Shown here: positions 1 through 10,420 of the stretch, piece after piece
Layout: every line of letters starts with the position of its first letter
How positions within the stretch are numbered: position 1 is the stretch's first letter
Assembly (NCBI GenBank): GCA_946540235.1
Contig: CAMNID010000044.1
Location: forward strand, 89,389 to 153,388
DNA length: 64,000 nt
Direction of reading: 5' to 3'
Source: an uncultured Lachnospiraceae bacterium
GTDB lineage: Bacteria > Bacillota > Clostridia > Lachnospirales > Lachnospiraceae
Position numbers and translations under genes: made by a program
The notes under the pieces: generated by a model
Databases searched by the model: none
The model's input: only the letters and a program-made list of their open reading frames with translations
Told to the model about the DNA's origin: nothing

Positions 1-115
1 CCATGATCGCCAGATATTCTCCTTCATCGACTTTTAAGTTGATATCTTTCAGAACCGGAATTACAATCTTGTCCTGGAAATAATTTTTGTAGATATGTTT
101 TAATTCCAATAACAT
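1..115 (-). CDS. ABC transporter ATP-binding protein (MacB/LolD-like), 5' part only; runs off the window
   Basis: Manual translation from ATG at 115 gives MLLELKHIYKNYFQDKIVIPVLKDINLKVDEGEYLAIM(G), the typical ABC N-terminus just before Walker A. GAGGAGG RBS upstream; follows the adaptor gene. Confidence 0.85.
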   Translation of the reverse strand, partial: MLLELKHIYKNYFQDKIVIPVLKDINLKVDEGEYLAIM

Positions 116-146
116 GCTTATGATATCCTCCTCTGACGGATCCATC

Positions 147-2264
147 CTACTGGGACTGGTCCTGCAGCTGTCCGGAATCTATGACCACGCCGTCCTGGCC
201 TACAGGTCCGTCTCCTTCTACTACAGAATCATCACCCTCAAATTCTACATTTTCATCAATGCCGTCATAATCATCGTAGCCTTCCTCGAGCATTTTCAGA
301 TCTTCTTCGCTCTCAATCTGGTCGATATTATCTAATTCTCCCAGATCATCTTCATAGTCCTCACCGTCGCTGGTCTCAGTCTCAAAGAAGGGGTCTTCCG
401 TGGACTGGAGGAAGGTCTGTTCTGCCGATACCTTGACGCAGGTCATTCCGGCTTTCAGCCCGGACTGGCTGGCATTGGCGATATAGTCACCCTTTTCCAG
501 ACCCTTGGTTATCTCATATTCATCAAGGTCAGGATTATAATTATCCCCGACTGTAACTTTCTTCTTCTCCAGCCGGTCATGGCTGTCGGCCATCCATACA
601 TAGAACTCACCGTCCTCCTGGGCCAGGTAGGAAGAATTCAGCCAGATGCCGGTTCTTGTCACATCCTGATTATTATCCTCCTCAATCAGGACATGCTGCC
701 CCATCATAAGTCCTTCATCACTGTCTAAGTCAATATAGAAATTATAGTAGGAGGAGGATTCGCTGGAAGTTCCCTCTCCACCCATATAGTCGTCCATTTC
801 TGTGGAATCCTTGGCAGTCTGGTTGGTCTTGATCTCAGAGATGACTCCCTTCCAGATCTGGGTATTATCAATTCTGGAACGAACAATCACCCGTTCTCCC
901 TCGCTGATGTCAGACTGGTTCTGCTCGCTGATCTTACCTTCAATCCGGTAATCGCCGATAGCCAGAATGACCATATAGTAGCTGTTCTCATTTCCATCGG
1001 TTATGGGCATGGTCTCACTCTCAGAATCATCGCTGCTACCCTGGCCAAGGTTTTCATTAAGGCTCTTGACAACACCGTCGATCTTACTCTTAACCGTAGC
1101 GTTCTTGATGGTCTTTTTCAGCTTTTTAATCTCTTTTTTATCCTGCTTGATATCCAGTTCATTTCTCTTGATCTCGGCCTGGGCTTTCAGGATTGTGGTC
1201 TGAAGCTCCAGCTTCTCTGAAGAGCTGGCGCTATTCAATGCTTTCTCAGACTGTTCAATCGTCTGCTTATTCGTCTTATTGGCATTTTCCTTCTCCTGGA
1301 TATCCAATTCCAGTTTCTCCTGGTTAAGCTTAAGCTCATCTGTGTTATATTTGAAAAGCTTGTCGCCAACCTTAACCTGCTGGCCTACCTTGACGTAGCA
1401 CTTGGCCACTGTCATATTAGAATCAAGGGAGATATTCCAGGCATCCTGGGAAGCCACGATACCTGTATAGCGGTTGAGTACTCCACTGGAAGATCCGCTG
1501 TATTCCATAATCTGTCTTACAGAAGATACATAAACCTTACCTTCTCCGCCACTGTTGAGGTTTCGGAAAACAAAAGTAAGTACCACGGCCAGAACGGCAA
1601 CCGCAGCTATGGCAGCCGCGACAATCTTCTTTACAGGCAGCTTCCTGTCCATGTCATCAACGTATGTAATCTCGTCATCACCAAAACCACTGCCGCCGCT
1701 GACACTGGTCTTTTCAACAGAATTTCCAGGCACCGCTGCCGGCCCCTGGTCTTCATTATCATCTGGTCTGACTGTTTCTATTTCTTCACTGCCAGCCGTC
1801 TCTTCCGCCGGCAAAGGCTCTGCCGTCCCCGGAAGATTCTCTTCCTTGCCGGCATCTGCCACTGTCTGTCCAGCCCCTTCTGTCTGGTCATCTTTCTGAT
1901 CAACTGCCTGAATCTTCTCTTCTTCTGGCATCTCTTCTTCAAACTCCTCATCCATCAGATAGACAGGAGCTTCTTCTGGAAGCTTCTTCTTTCTGCTGAA
2001 GAGTTTTTTAAGGAAATTCACTTTCCCTTTGCCCTCCTGACCAGTTTTAGAAGAACTGTCCCCCGGAGCCAGATCTGGATCATCAGAAAGAAGCACTTCC
2101 TCCTGGTCATAATCATCCGCCATATCATCGGCCAAATCTATCATAAGATCCCCATCCTCAAGGTCTGAGTCATCCTCATCCTTATGTTCTATCAGATCCT
2201 GGATGTGATTTAACTCCTCCTCATATAATTGGAAATCTTTTTTATTCTTTTTTCTCCAAAACAT
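147..2264 (-). CDS. Efflux RND/MacA-type membrane-fusion (adaptor) protein with long acidic N- and C-terminal extensions
   Basis: One TM (IVAAAIAAVAVLAVVLTFVF). Lipoyl-like halves (VAKCYVKVGQQVKVGDKLF ... VKSKIDGVV) flank a coiled coil, followed by a beta-barrel. Adjacent to an ABC ATPase. Confidence 0.85.
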   Translation of the reverse strand: MFWRKKNKKDFQLYEEELNHIQDLIEHKDEDDSDLEDGDLMIDLADDMADDYDQEEVLLSDDPDLAPGDSSSKTGQEGKGKVNFLKKLFSRKKKLPEEAPVYLMDEEFEEEMPEEEKIQAVDQKDDQTEGAGQTVADAGKEENLPGTAEPLPAEETAGSEEIETVRPDDNEDQGPAAVPGNSVEKTSVSGGSGFGDDEITYVDDMDRKLPVKKIVAAAIAAVAVLAVVLTFVFRNLNSGGEGKVYVSSVRQIMEYSGSSSGVLNRYTGIVASQDAWNISLDSNMTVAKCYVKVGQQVKVGDKLFKYNTDELKLNQEKLELDIQEKENANKTNKQTIEQSEKALNSASSSEKLELQTTILKAQAEIKRNELDIKQDKKEIKKLKKTIKNATVKSKIDGVVKSLNENLGQGSSDDSESETMPITDGNENSYYMVILAIGDYRIEGKISEQNQSDISEGERVIVRSRIDNTQIWKGVISEIKTNQTAKDSTEMDDYMGGEGTSSESSSYYNFYIDLDSDEGLMMGQHVLIEEDNNQDVTRTGIWLNSSYLAQEDGEFYVWMADSHDRLEKKKVTVGDNYNPDLDEYEITKGLEKGDYIANASQSGLKAGMTCVKVSAEQTFLQSTEDPFFETETSDGEDYEDDLGELDNIDQIESEEDLKMLEEGYDDYDGIDENVEFEGDDSVVEGDGPVGQDGVVIDSGQLQDQSQ

Positions 2265-2586
2265 CTTTTGCCTCCTGCTACTTCCTCATCCTTCTTATGT
2301 AAAAATAAATAAAAAAAATGTAATTTCCAAAAATAACACCTAATTTTCTCTTATGATATCACACTCATTACAAAAAATCATCATCTGTTTTTTATAATTC
2401 ATACTTTTTTTTTAAATTATTTTGAAAAAAACATTCATTAGGACTTAGACGGGATAGATGTAGACAGGTAATTTTTATCCCGTAATTAAACATTTTTAAT
2501 TGTTCATTAAATACTTTTATATGATTAATACTTCCATTTAATCAAATATTTCTATTTATTGAACAGAGAGTCTGGCTGACTATTAT

Positions 2587-2626
2587 AAAAAACAGCAGTG
2601 CCTCTAATCTCCTGATCTGGCACTGC
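2587..2626 (-). terminator. Intrinsic terminator after dapL
   Basis: GCAGTGCC (2595-2602)/GGCACTGC (2619-2626) stem followed by a U-run on the minus strand. Confidence 0.7.
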
Positions 2627-2638
2627 CGCTACTTATCT

Positions 2639-3853
2639 TTATAAATTCCTGATTCTTTCCATAGCTTTTTTGGTATTTTCATGACTGCCAAAGGCCGTCA
2701 GACGGAAATAACCCCTGCCACTGGGTCCGAAGCCGGAGCCCGGGGTCCCCACCACATTAGCCTCACTCAGCAGGTAATCAAAGAAGTCCCATGAATCCAT
2801 GCCTTCCGGGGTCTTCAGCCATATATAGGGAGCATTGACCCCGCCGAAAACTTCATAGCCGCAGGCCGCCAGTCCTTCCTTGATGATCCTGGCATTCTCC
2901 ATATAATAATCAACCTGGGCCTTCAGCTGGACCTTACCTTCAGGGCTGTAGCAGGCTTCCCCTGCCCTCTGGATGATGTAAGGGGCACCGTTAAACTTGG
3001 TTCCATGTCTTCTGGCCCATAGACTGTTAAGGGAAACCTCTCCCGCCTTCAGGTCTTTTGGGACCACGGTGAAGCCCAGACGCACACCGGTAAAGCCGGC
3101 ATTCTTGGAAAAACTCCTGATCTCTATGGCACAGGTTCTGGCTCCCTGGCATTCGTAGATACTATGGGGAACATCGTCCTCTGTAATATAGGCCTCATAA
3201 GCGGCATCATAGATGATGACGGCCCCAATCCTGTTGGCATAATCCACCCAACCCTGAAGCTGACTCCTGGTCAGGGTTGTGCCTGTAGGATTATTGGGGA
3301 CACAAAGGTAAATGAGATCAGGATTCTCACTGGGAAATGCAGGTACAAAGTCATTTTCTGCCGTACATGGCATATAGATCACCCTGCTCCAGGTCTCTGA
3401 GGCGGGATCATAAGTTCCAGTCCTTCCTGCCATGACATTGGTATCCACATAGACCGGGTAAACCGGGTCACAGACCGCAATCCGGCAGTCTTCACTGAAG
3501 ATCTCCTGGATATTGCCGGAATCACTTTTGGCACCGTCACTGACAAAGATCTCATCTGCAGCGATCTGGCAGCCCCGGGCCTCGTAGTCCTCCCAGGCAA
3601 TGGTATTCCGGAGGAAGTCATATCCCAGGTCCGGTGCATAGCCCCGGAAGCTTTCCGCCAAAGCCATCTCATCCACTGCCTTATGAAGGGCGTCAATGAT
3701 GGCCGGTGCCAGGGGCTGGGTTACATCTCCGATACCAAGCCTGATGATCTCCTTGTCCGGGTGAGCCTCCTTGTAGGCAGCCACCTTTCTGGCTATCGTG
3801 GAAAAAAGGTAACTTCCCGGCAATTTTAAATAATTCTCATTCACTTTAAACAT
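2639..3853 (-). CDS. dapL: LL-diaminopimelate aminotransferase
   Basis: [23 protein letters not shown] and [14 protein letters not shown] (PLP lysine) motifs; next to dapF. Confidence 0.95.
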   Translation of the reverse strand: MFKVNENYLKLPGSYLFSTIARKVAAYKEAHPDKEIIRLGIGDVTQPLAPAIIDALHKAVDEMALAESFRGYAPDLGYDFLRNTIAWEDYEARGCQIAADEIFVSDGAKSDSGNIQEIFSEDCRIAVCDPVYPVYVDTNVMAGRTGTYDPASETWSRVIYMPCTAENDFVPAFPSENPDLIYLCVPNNPTGTTLTRSQLQGWVDYANRIGAVIIYDAAYEAYITEDDVPHSIYECQGARTCAIEIRSFSKNAGFTGVRLGFTVVPKDLKAGEVSLNSLWARRHGTKFNGAPYIIQRAGEACYSPEGKVQLKAQVDYYMENARIIKEGLAACGYEVFGGVNAPYIWLKTPEGMDSWDFFDYLLSEANVVGTPGSGFGPSGRGYFRLTAFGSHENTKKAMERIRNL

Positions 3854-3972
3854 AGTTTTTCATCCTTTCTACAGACCATGCTCCGGACTGTCCGGACCAG
3901 AGTATGGTTTTTCATAAACAGGACCACTGCTGTCTCACTGCCCAGCTGCCGCCTCCGGGACCTGTTATCAGC

Positions 3973-4833
3973 TTATTCCAGATTGGCAGGGACTGTCAGG
4001 TCTCCGTCAAATACCACTGTGGCAGGCCCGGTCATATAGACCTGGTTTTCCTGCCGGTCCCAGAAGATCTCCAGGTCACCGCCCAGGAGATGTACTGTGA
4101 GCTTGTCTTCTGTAAGACCATTGAGCACACAGGCCACGCCCACGGCGCAGGCACCGGTACCACAGGCCAGGGTTTCTCCGGACCCTCTCTCCCAGACCCT
4201 CATATTAGCATGCTCTCTGTCCAGCAGCTCCACAAACTCCGTGTTGGTCCTCCTGGGGAAAAGGGAATGATTTTCAAAGGCAGGGCCCACGGCCTCTATA
4301 TCCAGATCACTGACCTTATCGATGAAAACCACCGCATGGGGATTGCCCATGGACACACAGGTCATCTCCCATTTCTTTCCGCCGGCTTCTATGGGTACCC
4401 TGACCGGAGGCTGGTCCGGAACATTTACGGGAATCAGGGCCGGATCCAGAATGGGCTCTCCCATATTTACCCTGACCTTGCTGACCTTGCCGTCTTCCAC
4501 AGTCAGCTTCAGATACTTGATGCCGGCCAGAGTCTCAACAGAAATCTCTGTCTGGTCTGTCAGACCATAGTCGTAGACATATTTGGCCACACAGCGGATA
4601 CCATTGCCGCACATTTCCGCCTGGGACCCGTCAGCATTGTACATATCCATACGGAAATCAGCCTTCCCAGAAGGACAGATCAAAATCAATCCGTCAGAGC
4701 CCACGCCAAAGTGGCGGTCGCTGACATAGCGGGAAAGGGCCGGGGCATTATCCACCTGCTCCTTGAAGCAGTTCACATAGACATAATCATTACCCAGGCC
4801 ATGCATTTTCGTAAATCTCATATTATCCTCCAT
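3973..4833 (-). CDS. dapF: Diaminopimelate epimerase
   Basis: FTKMHGLGNDY, EMCGNGIRC, GNPH and ERGSGETLACGTGAC, with both catalytic Cys. Confidence 0.97.
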   Translation of the reverse strand: MEDNMRFTKMHGLGNDYVYVNCFKEQVDNAPALSRYVSDRHFGVGSDGLILICPSGKADFRMDMYNADGSQAEMCGNGIRCVAKYVYDYGLTDQTEISVETLAGIKYLKLTVEDGKVSKVRVNMGEPILDPALIPVNVPDQPPVRVPIEAGGKKWEMTCVSMGNPHAVVFIDKVSDLDIEAVGPAFENHSLFPRRTNTEFVELLDREHANMRVWERGSGETLACGTGACAVGVACVLNGLTEDKLTVHLLGGDLEIFWDRQENQVYMTGPATVVFDGDLTVPANLE

Positions 4834-4922
4834 CTTCTAAAGAGCTTCTAAAGCTTTCCAATAATAAATGATATCATTTGAATCCAAAGGCGATTATCAC
4901 AAAATCTTTAAATCCATACTTG

Positions 4923-6254
4923 TCAATACTTAAATAGATACTGGTCCAGTTCCCAGCCGGATACCTGCCTGCTATAGTCCAGCCATTCCTGTCTTTTGGC
5001 CTCCAGGTATTTACGGCTGATATGATGACCAAGAACCTGGCTCATCAGCAGGTCCTCCTCAAAAGCCTGGCAGGCCTCCTGGAGACTGCCTGGCAATAAT
5101 TCTACATGAAGCTTACCGAGCTCCTCAGCGCTCATCTCATACATATTTTTCCCAATGGGGTCAGCTGCCGGCAACTCCCTCTCTATTCCATCCAGACCGG
5201 CCGCCAGACAGACCGCCATAACCAGATAAGGATTTGAGGAAGGGTCAGGACTGCGGAATTCCACCCTGGTCCCGACTCCCCTGGAATCAGGAATCCGGAT
5301 CAGGGGGCTGCGGTTCATGGCAGACCAGGAGACAGCAGTAGGCGCCTCGTAGCCTGGAACCAGCCTCTTGTAAGAATTCACAAGCGGATTACAGATCAAA
5401 GACATACCTCTGGCATGATTGAGAAGTCCTGCGATGAAATGATAGCATTCTTTTGAGAGCTTCATTCTGTCCTTTTTATCAAAGAAAATATTTTTTTCAT
5501 CTTTCTTCAGGGCCATATTAATATGAAGGCCGGACCCATCCAGACCGGCAAAGGGCTTGGGCATAAATGTGGCATGAAGGCCATTCTTTTTAGCCAGGAT
5601 CCTGACAGTCATCTTAAAGGTCATAAGAATATCGGCCATATCCAGGGCATTGGCCGGCTGGAAATCCAGCTCATGCTGGCAGGGTGCCACCTCATGGTGG
5701 GAGGCTTCGATCCAGAATCCCATCTTCTCCAGCATGTGGACCACCTCCCGCCTGGTATCTTCCCCGGCGTCCATAGGCTGTATATCAAAGTAGCCGGCAT
5801 GATCGTGACCATCTGTCACCGGCCTGCCTTCCTGGTCCTTCTGGAAAAGAAAAAACTCACACTCAGGCCCCACTTCAAAAGAATAGCCCATGGAGGCACA
5901 TTTTCTTAATACCTTCTTTAATATATAGCGACTGTCTCCCTCAAAGGGAATCCCCTCCGGCCGGTAAACATCACACATAAACCGGGCCTCCTTGGCCTGG
6001 CCATATCTCCAGGGAAAGATCTGGAAGGTCGCCAGGTCCGGATAGAGATACATATCCGACTCCTCAATACGGACAAAGCCTTCTATGGAAGAACCGTCAA
6101 AGGTACATTTATTATCCAGGGCCCGCTCCAGCTGGCCCGCAGTAATAACCACATCCTTGGGCATTCCAAAAACATCGGTGAACTGAAGATGGATAAATTC
6201 CACCTCTTCCTCTGCAGCCAAATGTATAATATCCTGTTTGGTATAATGTCTCAT
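4923..6254 (-). CDS. glnA: Glutamine synthetase type I
   Basis: FDGSSIEGFVRIEESDM, HHEVAPCQHE, FMPKP, YKRLVPGYEAP, NRSPLIRIP and RVEFRSPDP motifs. Start moved to the ATG at 6254 behind an AAAGGAG RBS. Confidence 0.93.
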   Translation of the reverse strand: MRHYTKQDIIHLAAEEEVEFIHLQFTDVFGMPKDVVITAGQLERALDNKCTFDGSSIEGFVRIEESDMYLYPDLATFQIFPWRYGQAKEARFMCDVYRPEGIPFEGDSRYILKKVLRKCASMGYSFEVGPECEFFLFQKDQEGRPVTDGHDHAGYFDIQPMDAGEDTRREVVHMLEKMGFWIEASHHEVAPCQHELDFQPANALDMADILMTFKMTVRILAKKNGLHATFMPKPFAGLDGSGLHINMALKKDEKNIFFDKKDRMKLSKECYHFIAGLLNHARGMSLICNPLVNSYKRLVPGYEAPTAVSWSAMNRSPLIRIPDSRGVGTRVEFRSPDPSSNPYLVMAVCLAAGLDGIERELPAADPIGKNMYEMSAEELGKLHVELLPGSLQEACQAFEEDLLMSQVLGHHISRKYLEAKRQEWLDYSRQVSGWELDQYLFKY

Positions 6255-6489
6255 GGGTAACTCCTTTGAAAAATTGAATGATTTAATTTTGCAAATTGCA
6301 AAAACTAAGGGATAAACCCAGTTAAATCCTAAAAATATCAAATTATTTGAATTTTACCATAAATAAAATGCAAACACAAGTCCACACTATGATATTGTGG
6401 TCTACTTGGGAACAAAATGGGCCCCGGCTTCTAATTTTGGAATAAAAATGATAGAATAGGGAGAAAACAAGTATGATAGGAGGAACAAT

Positions 6490-7152
6490 ATGGCTAACAA
6501 GAGAAACTACCAGCATGAACTGGACCGGCTCATCGGGTCCCTGGACCCCAAATCCCCCAGGCCCTCCCTTCTTCTTCATGTCTGCTGTGCTCCCTGCAGC
6601 AGCTATGTCCTGGAGTATCTGGCTGGGATTTTTGACATTACGGTCCATTTTTATAATCCCAATATCACACCTGAATCAGAATACCAGAAAAGGATCCAGG
6701 AGCTGAAGCGACTGATCCGGGAGGCCGGCTACAGCGGCAAGGTCCATTTCACCGAAGGCATCTACGAGCCGGATGCCTTTTTCCGGATGGCCCGGGGTAT
6801 GGAAGACCTGCCTGAGCGGGGTCAACGCTGCTACCACTGTTATGAGCTGCGGTTAGAGGAAGCAGCCATGACTGCCAGAGACATGGGGGCCGACTATTTC
6901 ACCACCAGTCTCTCTATCAGTCCCCATAAAAACGCCAGCTGGATCAATGAGATCGGAGAGCGGATGGCCAGCCGATACGGGGTCAGACACCTACCCTCTG
7001 ACTTCAAAAAAAAGAGCGGATACCTCCGCTCTATAGAACTCTCCAGGCAATATGATCTCTACCGCCAGGATTACTGTGGCTGTGTCTTCTCTAAAAAGGC
7101 CGCCGAAAAAGAAGGGGCTGCCAGAAAAGCAGGCACAGGCCAGTCTTCTTAA
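6490..7152 (+). CDS. queH: Epoxyqueuosine reductase QueH
   Basis: LLLHVCCAPCS, FYNPNI, RCYHCYELRL, FTTSLSISPHK and YRQDYCGC motifs. Confidence 0.92.
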   Translation: MANKRNYQHELDRLIGSLDPKSPRPSLLLHVCCAPCSSYVLEYLAGIFDITVHFYNPNITPESEYQKRIQELKRLIREAGYSGKVHFTEGIYEPDAFFRMARGMEDLPERGQRCYHCYELRLEEAAMTARDMGADYFTTSLSISPHKNASWINEIGERMASRYGVRHLPSDFKKKSGYLRSIELSRQYDLYRQDYCGCVFSKKAAEKEGAARKAGTGQSS

Positions 7153-7259
7153 GGGAATCAGCCCAGGATCGGTCTTCTTAAACGGCTCAGCCCAGAACCG
7201 GTCTTCTTAAACGGCTCAGCCCAGAACCAGTTTTCTTAAACGGATCTCAGGCCAGGACC
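7141..7259. repeat. ~29-bp degenerate tandem repeat x4 beginning across the queH stop codon
   Basis: GGTCTTCTTAAACGGCTCAGCCCAGAACC is exact at 7171-7199 and 7200-7228; diverged copies lie at 7141-7170 and 7229-7259. Confidence 0.9.
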
Positions 7260-7286
7260 GGTCTTCCCAGTCTCCGGCTGGTCTTG

Positions 7287-7727
7287 TCAGGCTTTCCGGA
7301 TAAACTTGTCTCCGCAACTTGGGCAGGTGATCTCCACTCTCCCTTTGCCGCGGGGCACTCTCAACTGCTGCCGGCACCCCGGGCAGACAAAAAAGCGGAA
7401 TGTCTTCTTCTGGTACTTCCTCTCCCTGCGTCTTTCCAGCGCCCTCCCAAAGGGGCCGGCGGCAGAGACAAGTATATCATTCTCCATCTCTCTCCGGTCC
7501 CGGTCTCTCGACAGCATCCTGAGGACGCAGAGAGCCATGGGGACAAAGCTGATAAAACCAAAGCGCCTGATCTCCTCATAGGGCAGCAGCAAAAGCAGCA
7601 GATCTATAAGGACTGTCAACAAAACCAGAACAGCGCAGACCGCGTCAAAACCATAGCGGCCCTTTAAAAATGTTCTCTCTTCTCCATGTCTGTCAGTCAA
7701 GTCTATCCCCTTCCTACCGGAAACCAT
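7287..7727 (-). CDS. Conserved membrane protein with C-terminal Zn ribbon
   Basis: GRYGFD, two hydrophobic segments, then CPGCRQQLRVPRGKGRVEITCPSC. Start uncertain (possible TTG near 7700). Confidence 0.75.
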   Translation of the reverse strand: MVSGRKGIDLTDRHGEERTFLKGRYGFDAVCAVLVLLTVLIDLLLLLLPYEEIRRFGFISFVPMALCVLRMLSRDRDRREMENDILVSAAGPFGRALERRRERKYQKKTFRFFVCPGCRQQLRVPRGKGRVEITCPSCGDKFIRKA

Positions 7728-7814
7728 ACAAGATAATCAATTCCCAGATTCAAATCATATCTGGTCAGAACCTACGTTCTTACCAAAGTTCTTGCCAATA
7801 CTCTTCTCAAGTAT

Positions 7815-7957
7815 CTATAATAATACCTGTGTTTTTATCTGAATTTTACTCTATAGCCATACCTGTTTTCTTATCTGAGTTTTAATCTATATCCATACCG
7901 GTATTCTTATCTGGATTTTTACCTATATCCATACCGGTACTCTTATCTGGATTTCAT
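7815..7957. repeat. 36-bp degenerate tandem repeat x4 (intergenic)
   Basis: Units start at 7815, 7851, 7887 and 7923; consensus approximately CTATATCCATACCGGTATTCTTATCTGGATTTTTAC. Confidence 0.85.
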
Positions 7958-8038
7958 CTATATTCTTATATGTATCCTTCCTGAAATCCTGTTCCAATAA
8001 AAACCCTCTTATTCCAGATGGTCATATCCTAATCAGAT

Positions 8039-8512
8039 TCACATTCTAATCAGGGTGAACAGTCCTGCACTTGCCGCCATCATAATGATACCGGCCAAAA
8101 GGACACCCAGCATGGCGGCCAGAACGCTGGACTTAAAGTCCATCTTCAAAAAGCTGGCGGCCAGGGTTCCTGTCCAGGCTCCGGTACCGGGCAAGGGGAT
8201 ACCAACAAAAAACATGAGAGCCAGAAAGAGACCATGGCCGGCCTTGGCCTGCAGCTTGGCTCCGGCCCGCTCTCCCTTATCGACGCAGTAGTCACAAAAA
8301 CGGCCGATCACTCCGGGGAAACTGCAGCCAATCTCCAGAACCTTTCTCGCAAAAAGATAGATGAATGGAACCGGAATCATATTTCCGATGATGGCGACAA
8401 TATAGGAAGGCAGGAGGGGCAGGCCTATGGCCTGGGAATAGGGAATCGCGCCCCTCAGCTCAACAATAGGCACCATTGAAATCAAAAAAACTGTTAAGTA
8501 CTTTTTCAGCAT
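8039..8512 (-). CDS. Small multi-drug export family membrane protein (COG2426-like)
   Basis: SMVPIVELRGAIP and FVGIPLPGTGAWTGTLAA motifs. Start set at ATG 8512 behind an AGAGG RBS. Confidence 0.85.
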   Translation of the reverse strand: MLKKYLTVFLISMVPIVELRGAIPYSQAIGLPLLPSYIVAIIGNMIPVPFIYLFARKVLEIGCSFPGVIGRFCDYCVDKGERAGAKLQAKAGHGLFLALMFFVGIPLPGTGAWTGTLAASFLKMDFKSSVLAAMLGVLLAGIIMMAASAGLFTLIRM

Positions 8513-8599
8513 AACTATTTCCTCTTTATATTTTTTTAGCACATGGCCCAAGGCCAGTCAATGATAGGACTACATGACCATTTACATTCATTTAACTGC

Positions 8600-10420
8600 C
8601 TAACGGCGGAGGGACTGTTTCATCACCTCAATAAACTGCTGGTTATTCTTTGTTTTCTTGAACATCTCCAGGATCTGTTCCATATTCTCATCAGCCCTTG
8701 ATCCTGACATTTCCCTGTGGAGAGCATAGACAACCTCCCTCTCTTCTTTGGTCAGGAGCAGGTCATCTCTTCTTGTACCAGACCGCTGGATATTGATTGC
8801 CGGGAAAATACGTTTCTCCGACAACTTTCTGTCAAGGACCAGTTCCATATTACCGGTTCCTTTAAATTCTTCAAAAACCACATCATCCATCTTGCTGCCA
8901 GTCTCCACAAGGGCAGTGGCCAGGATGGTCAGACTTCCTCCCTCTCTCATATTCCTGGCAGCTCCAAAGAACTTTTTAGGCATATGGAGGGCAGCTGGGT
9001 CAAGGCCGCCGGACAGGGTCCTGCCACTGGGCGGCACAATCAGATTATAGGCCCTGGCTAGTCTTGTGATGCTGTCAAGAAGAATCACGACATCCTGTTT
9101 GTGTTCCACCAGTCTCTTAGCTCTTTCCAGAACCATCTCAGACACCCGGCGATGATGGTCGGGAAGTTCGTCAAATGTAGAGTAGATTACCTCTGCGTTC
9201 GGGCCCTCAATGGATTCCCTGATATCGGTTACTTCCTCTGGTCTCTCATCAATGAGAAGAACAATGACCTTCATGTTGGGCTGGGTCTTTGTGATACTTC
9301 TGGCAATCTGCTTTAAGAGGGTGGTCTTACCAGTCTTGGGCTGGGATACGATCATCCCCCTCTGACCCTTGCCAATAGGTGAAAGCAGGTCCACCATCCT
9401 CATGGACACCGGTGCGTCATCTGTCTCAAGACGGATAAGTTCATTGGGAAAGATAGGAGTCAGGTCCTCGAAATTCTTTCTCTTCTGGGCCTCATTGGGC
9501 TTATAACCGTTGACCGATTCCACATAAAGCAGCGCAGAATACTTCTCATTCTGGGTTTTAATCCGGATATTTCCCACCAGGATATCCCCTGTCTTCAGGT
9601 TAAATCTCCTGATCTGGGAAGGTGATACATAGACATCGTTTTCTCCGGGCAGATAGTTTTCACATCGGATGAAACCATAATTATCAGGCATGACTTCCAG
9701 GATTCCATTGGCCTTTGCCCCACTGTCTAAGGCTGCCAGATCCGGCTTGATGTCACCGGTATTCTCTTCATGGTCACCGGTGCCAGAATCCTGCCTTTCA
9801 TTATTATAACGGCGGTCTGTCCTGTTTCCGCCCTCTTTCCAGTCCTGCCGGCCCTCATTTGTACGCCAATCCTGCCGACCCTCTCCTGGGCGCCAATCCT
9901 GCCGGTTCTCTCCTGGGCGCCGGTCCTGCCGGCCTTCTCCCGTCCTCCGGTCCTGCCGGGGCTCTGCCGGGCGCCAATCCTGCCGGCCTTCTCCCGTCCT
10001 CCGGTCCTGCCGGCCTTCTCCCGAGCGCCGGTCCTGCCGGCCTTCTCCCGTCCTCCGGTCCTGCCGGCCTTCTCCCGTCCTCCGCTCCTGCCGGCTCACA
10101 ACCACACGTTGGTCCTGCCGGTCCTCATTCATTTGCATATCCTGCCAATCTTCATTCACCTGTGCACCCTGTCGGTCTTCATTCACCTGTGCGTCCTGCC
10201 GGTCTTCATTCACCTGCATGTCCCTGGCAGCCACTCTCTGGTCAGACTGATTCTCAGCGGCCACCTGTCCGGCATCAGGAAATGTATTTGCCCTTTCCTG
10301 GCCTTCCAGCTCCTCCAATCTGGAGATCAGATCCTGCTTTTTCAGCCCTGTGAGACCGCGGTAGCCCTTCTTCTTGGCATAGTCGCGCAGCTCAAGCAAA
10401 GTCATCTCATTATATTCCAT
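8600..10420 (-). CDS. rho: Transcription termination factor Rho with N-terminal repeat insertion
   Basis: [26 protein letters not shown], Walker [36 protein letters not shown] and [10 protein letters not shown] motifs. Confidence 0.97.
   Translation of the reverse strand: MEYNEMTLLELRDYAKKKGYRGLTGLKKQDLISRLEELEGQERANTFPDAGQVAAENQSDQRVAARDMQVNEDRQDAQVNEDRQGAQVNEDWQDMQMNEDRQDQRVVVSRQERRTGEGRQDRRTGEGRQDRRSGEGRQDRRTGEGRQDWRPAEPRQDRRTGEGRQDRRPGENRQDWRPGEGRQDWRTNEGRQDWKEGGNRTDRRYNNERQDSGTGDHEENTGDIKPDLAALDSGAKANGILEVMPDNYGFIRCENYLPGENDVYVSPSQIRRFNLKTGDILVGNIRIKTQNEKYSALLYVESVNGYKPNEAQKRKNFEDLTPIFPNELIRLETDDAPVSMRMVDLLSPIGKGQRGMIVSQPKTGKTTLLKQIARSITKTQPNMKVIVLLIDERPEEVTDIRESIEGPNAEVIYSTFDELPDHHRRVSEMVLERAKRLVEHKQDVVILLDSITRLARAYNLIVPPSGRTLSGGLDPAALHMPKKFFGAARNMREGGSLTILATALVETGSKMDDVVFEEFKGTGNMELVLDRKLSEKRIFPAINIQRSGTRRDDLLLTKEEREVVYALHREMSGSRADENMEQILEMFKKTKNNQQFIEVMKQSLRR
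9842..10216 (-). repeat. 27-bp/9-aa coding repeats in Rho: QVNEDRQDA-type x4 and RRTGEGRQD-type x9
   Basis: Read directly from the translation (residues 69-103 and 113-193). Confidence 0.95.

Noticed and set aside
2405-2413. T9 tract upstream of the efflux adaptor (also A8 runs at 7006 and 44285) as phase-variation sites
   Set aside because: Short homopolymers in AT-rich or Lys/Phe-coding context; I could not place the T9 tract confidently in a promoter spacer, and the frames are intact.
7815-7957. CRISPR interpretation of the 36-bp repeats
   Set aside because: The units are directly adjacent with no spacers, they are degenerate, and there are no cas genes in the window.
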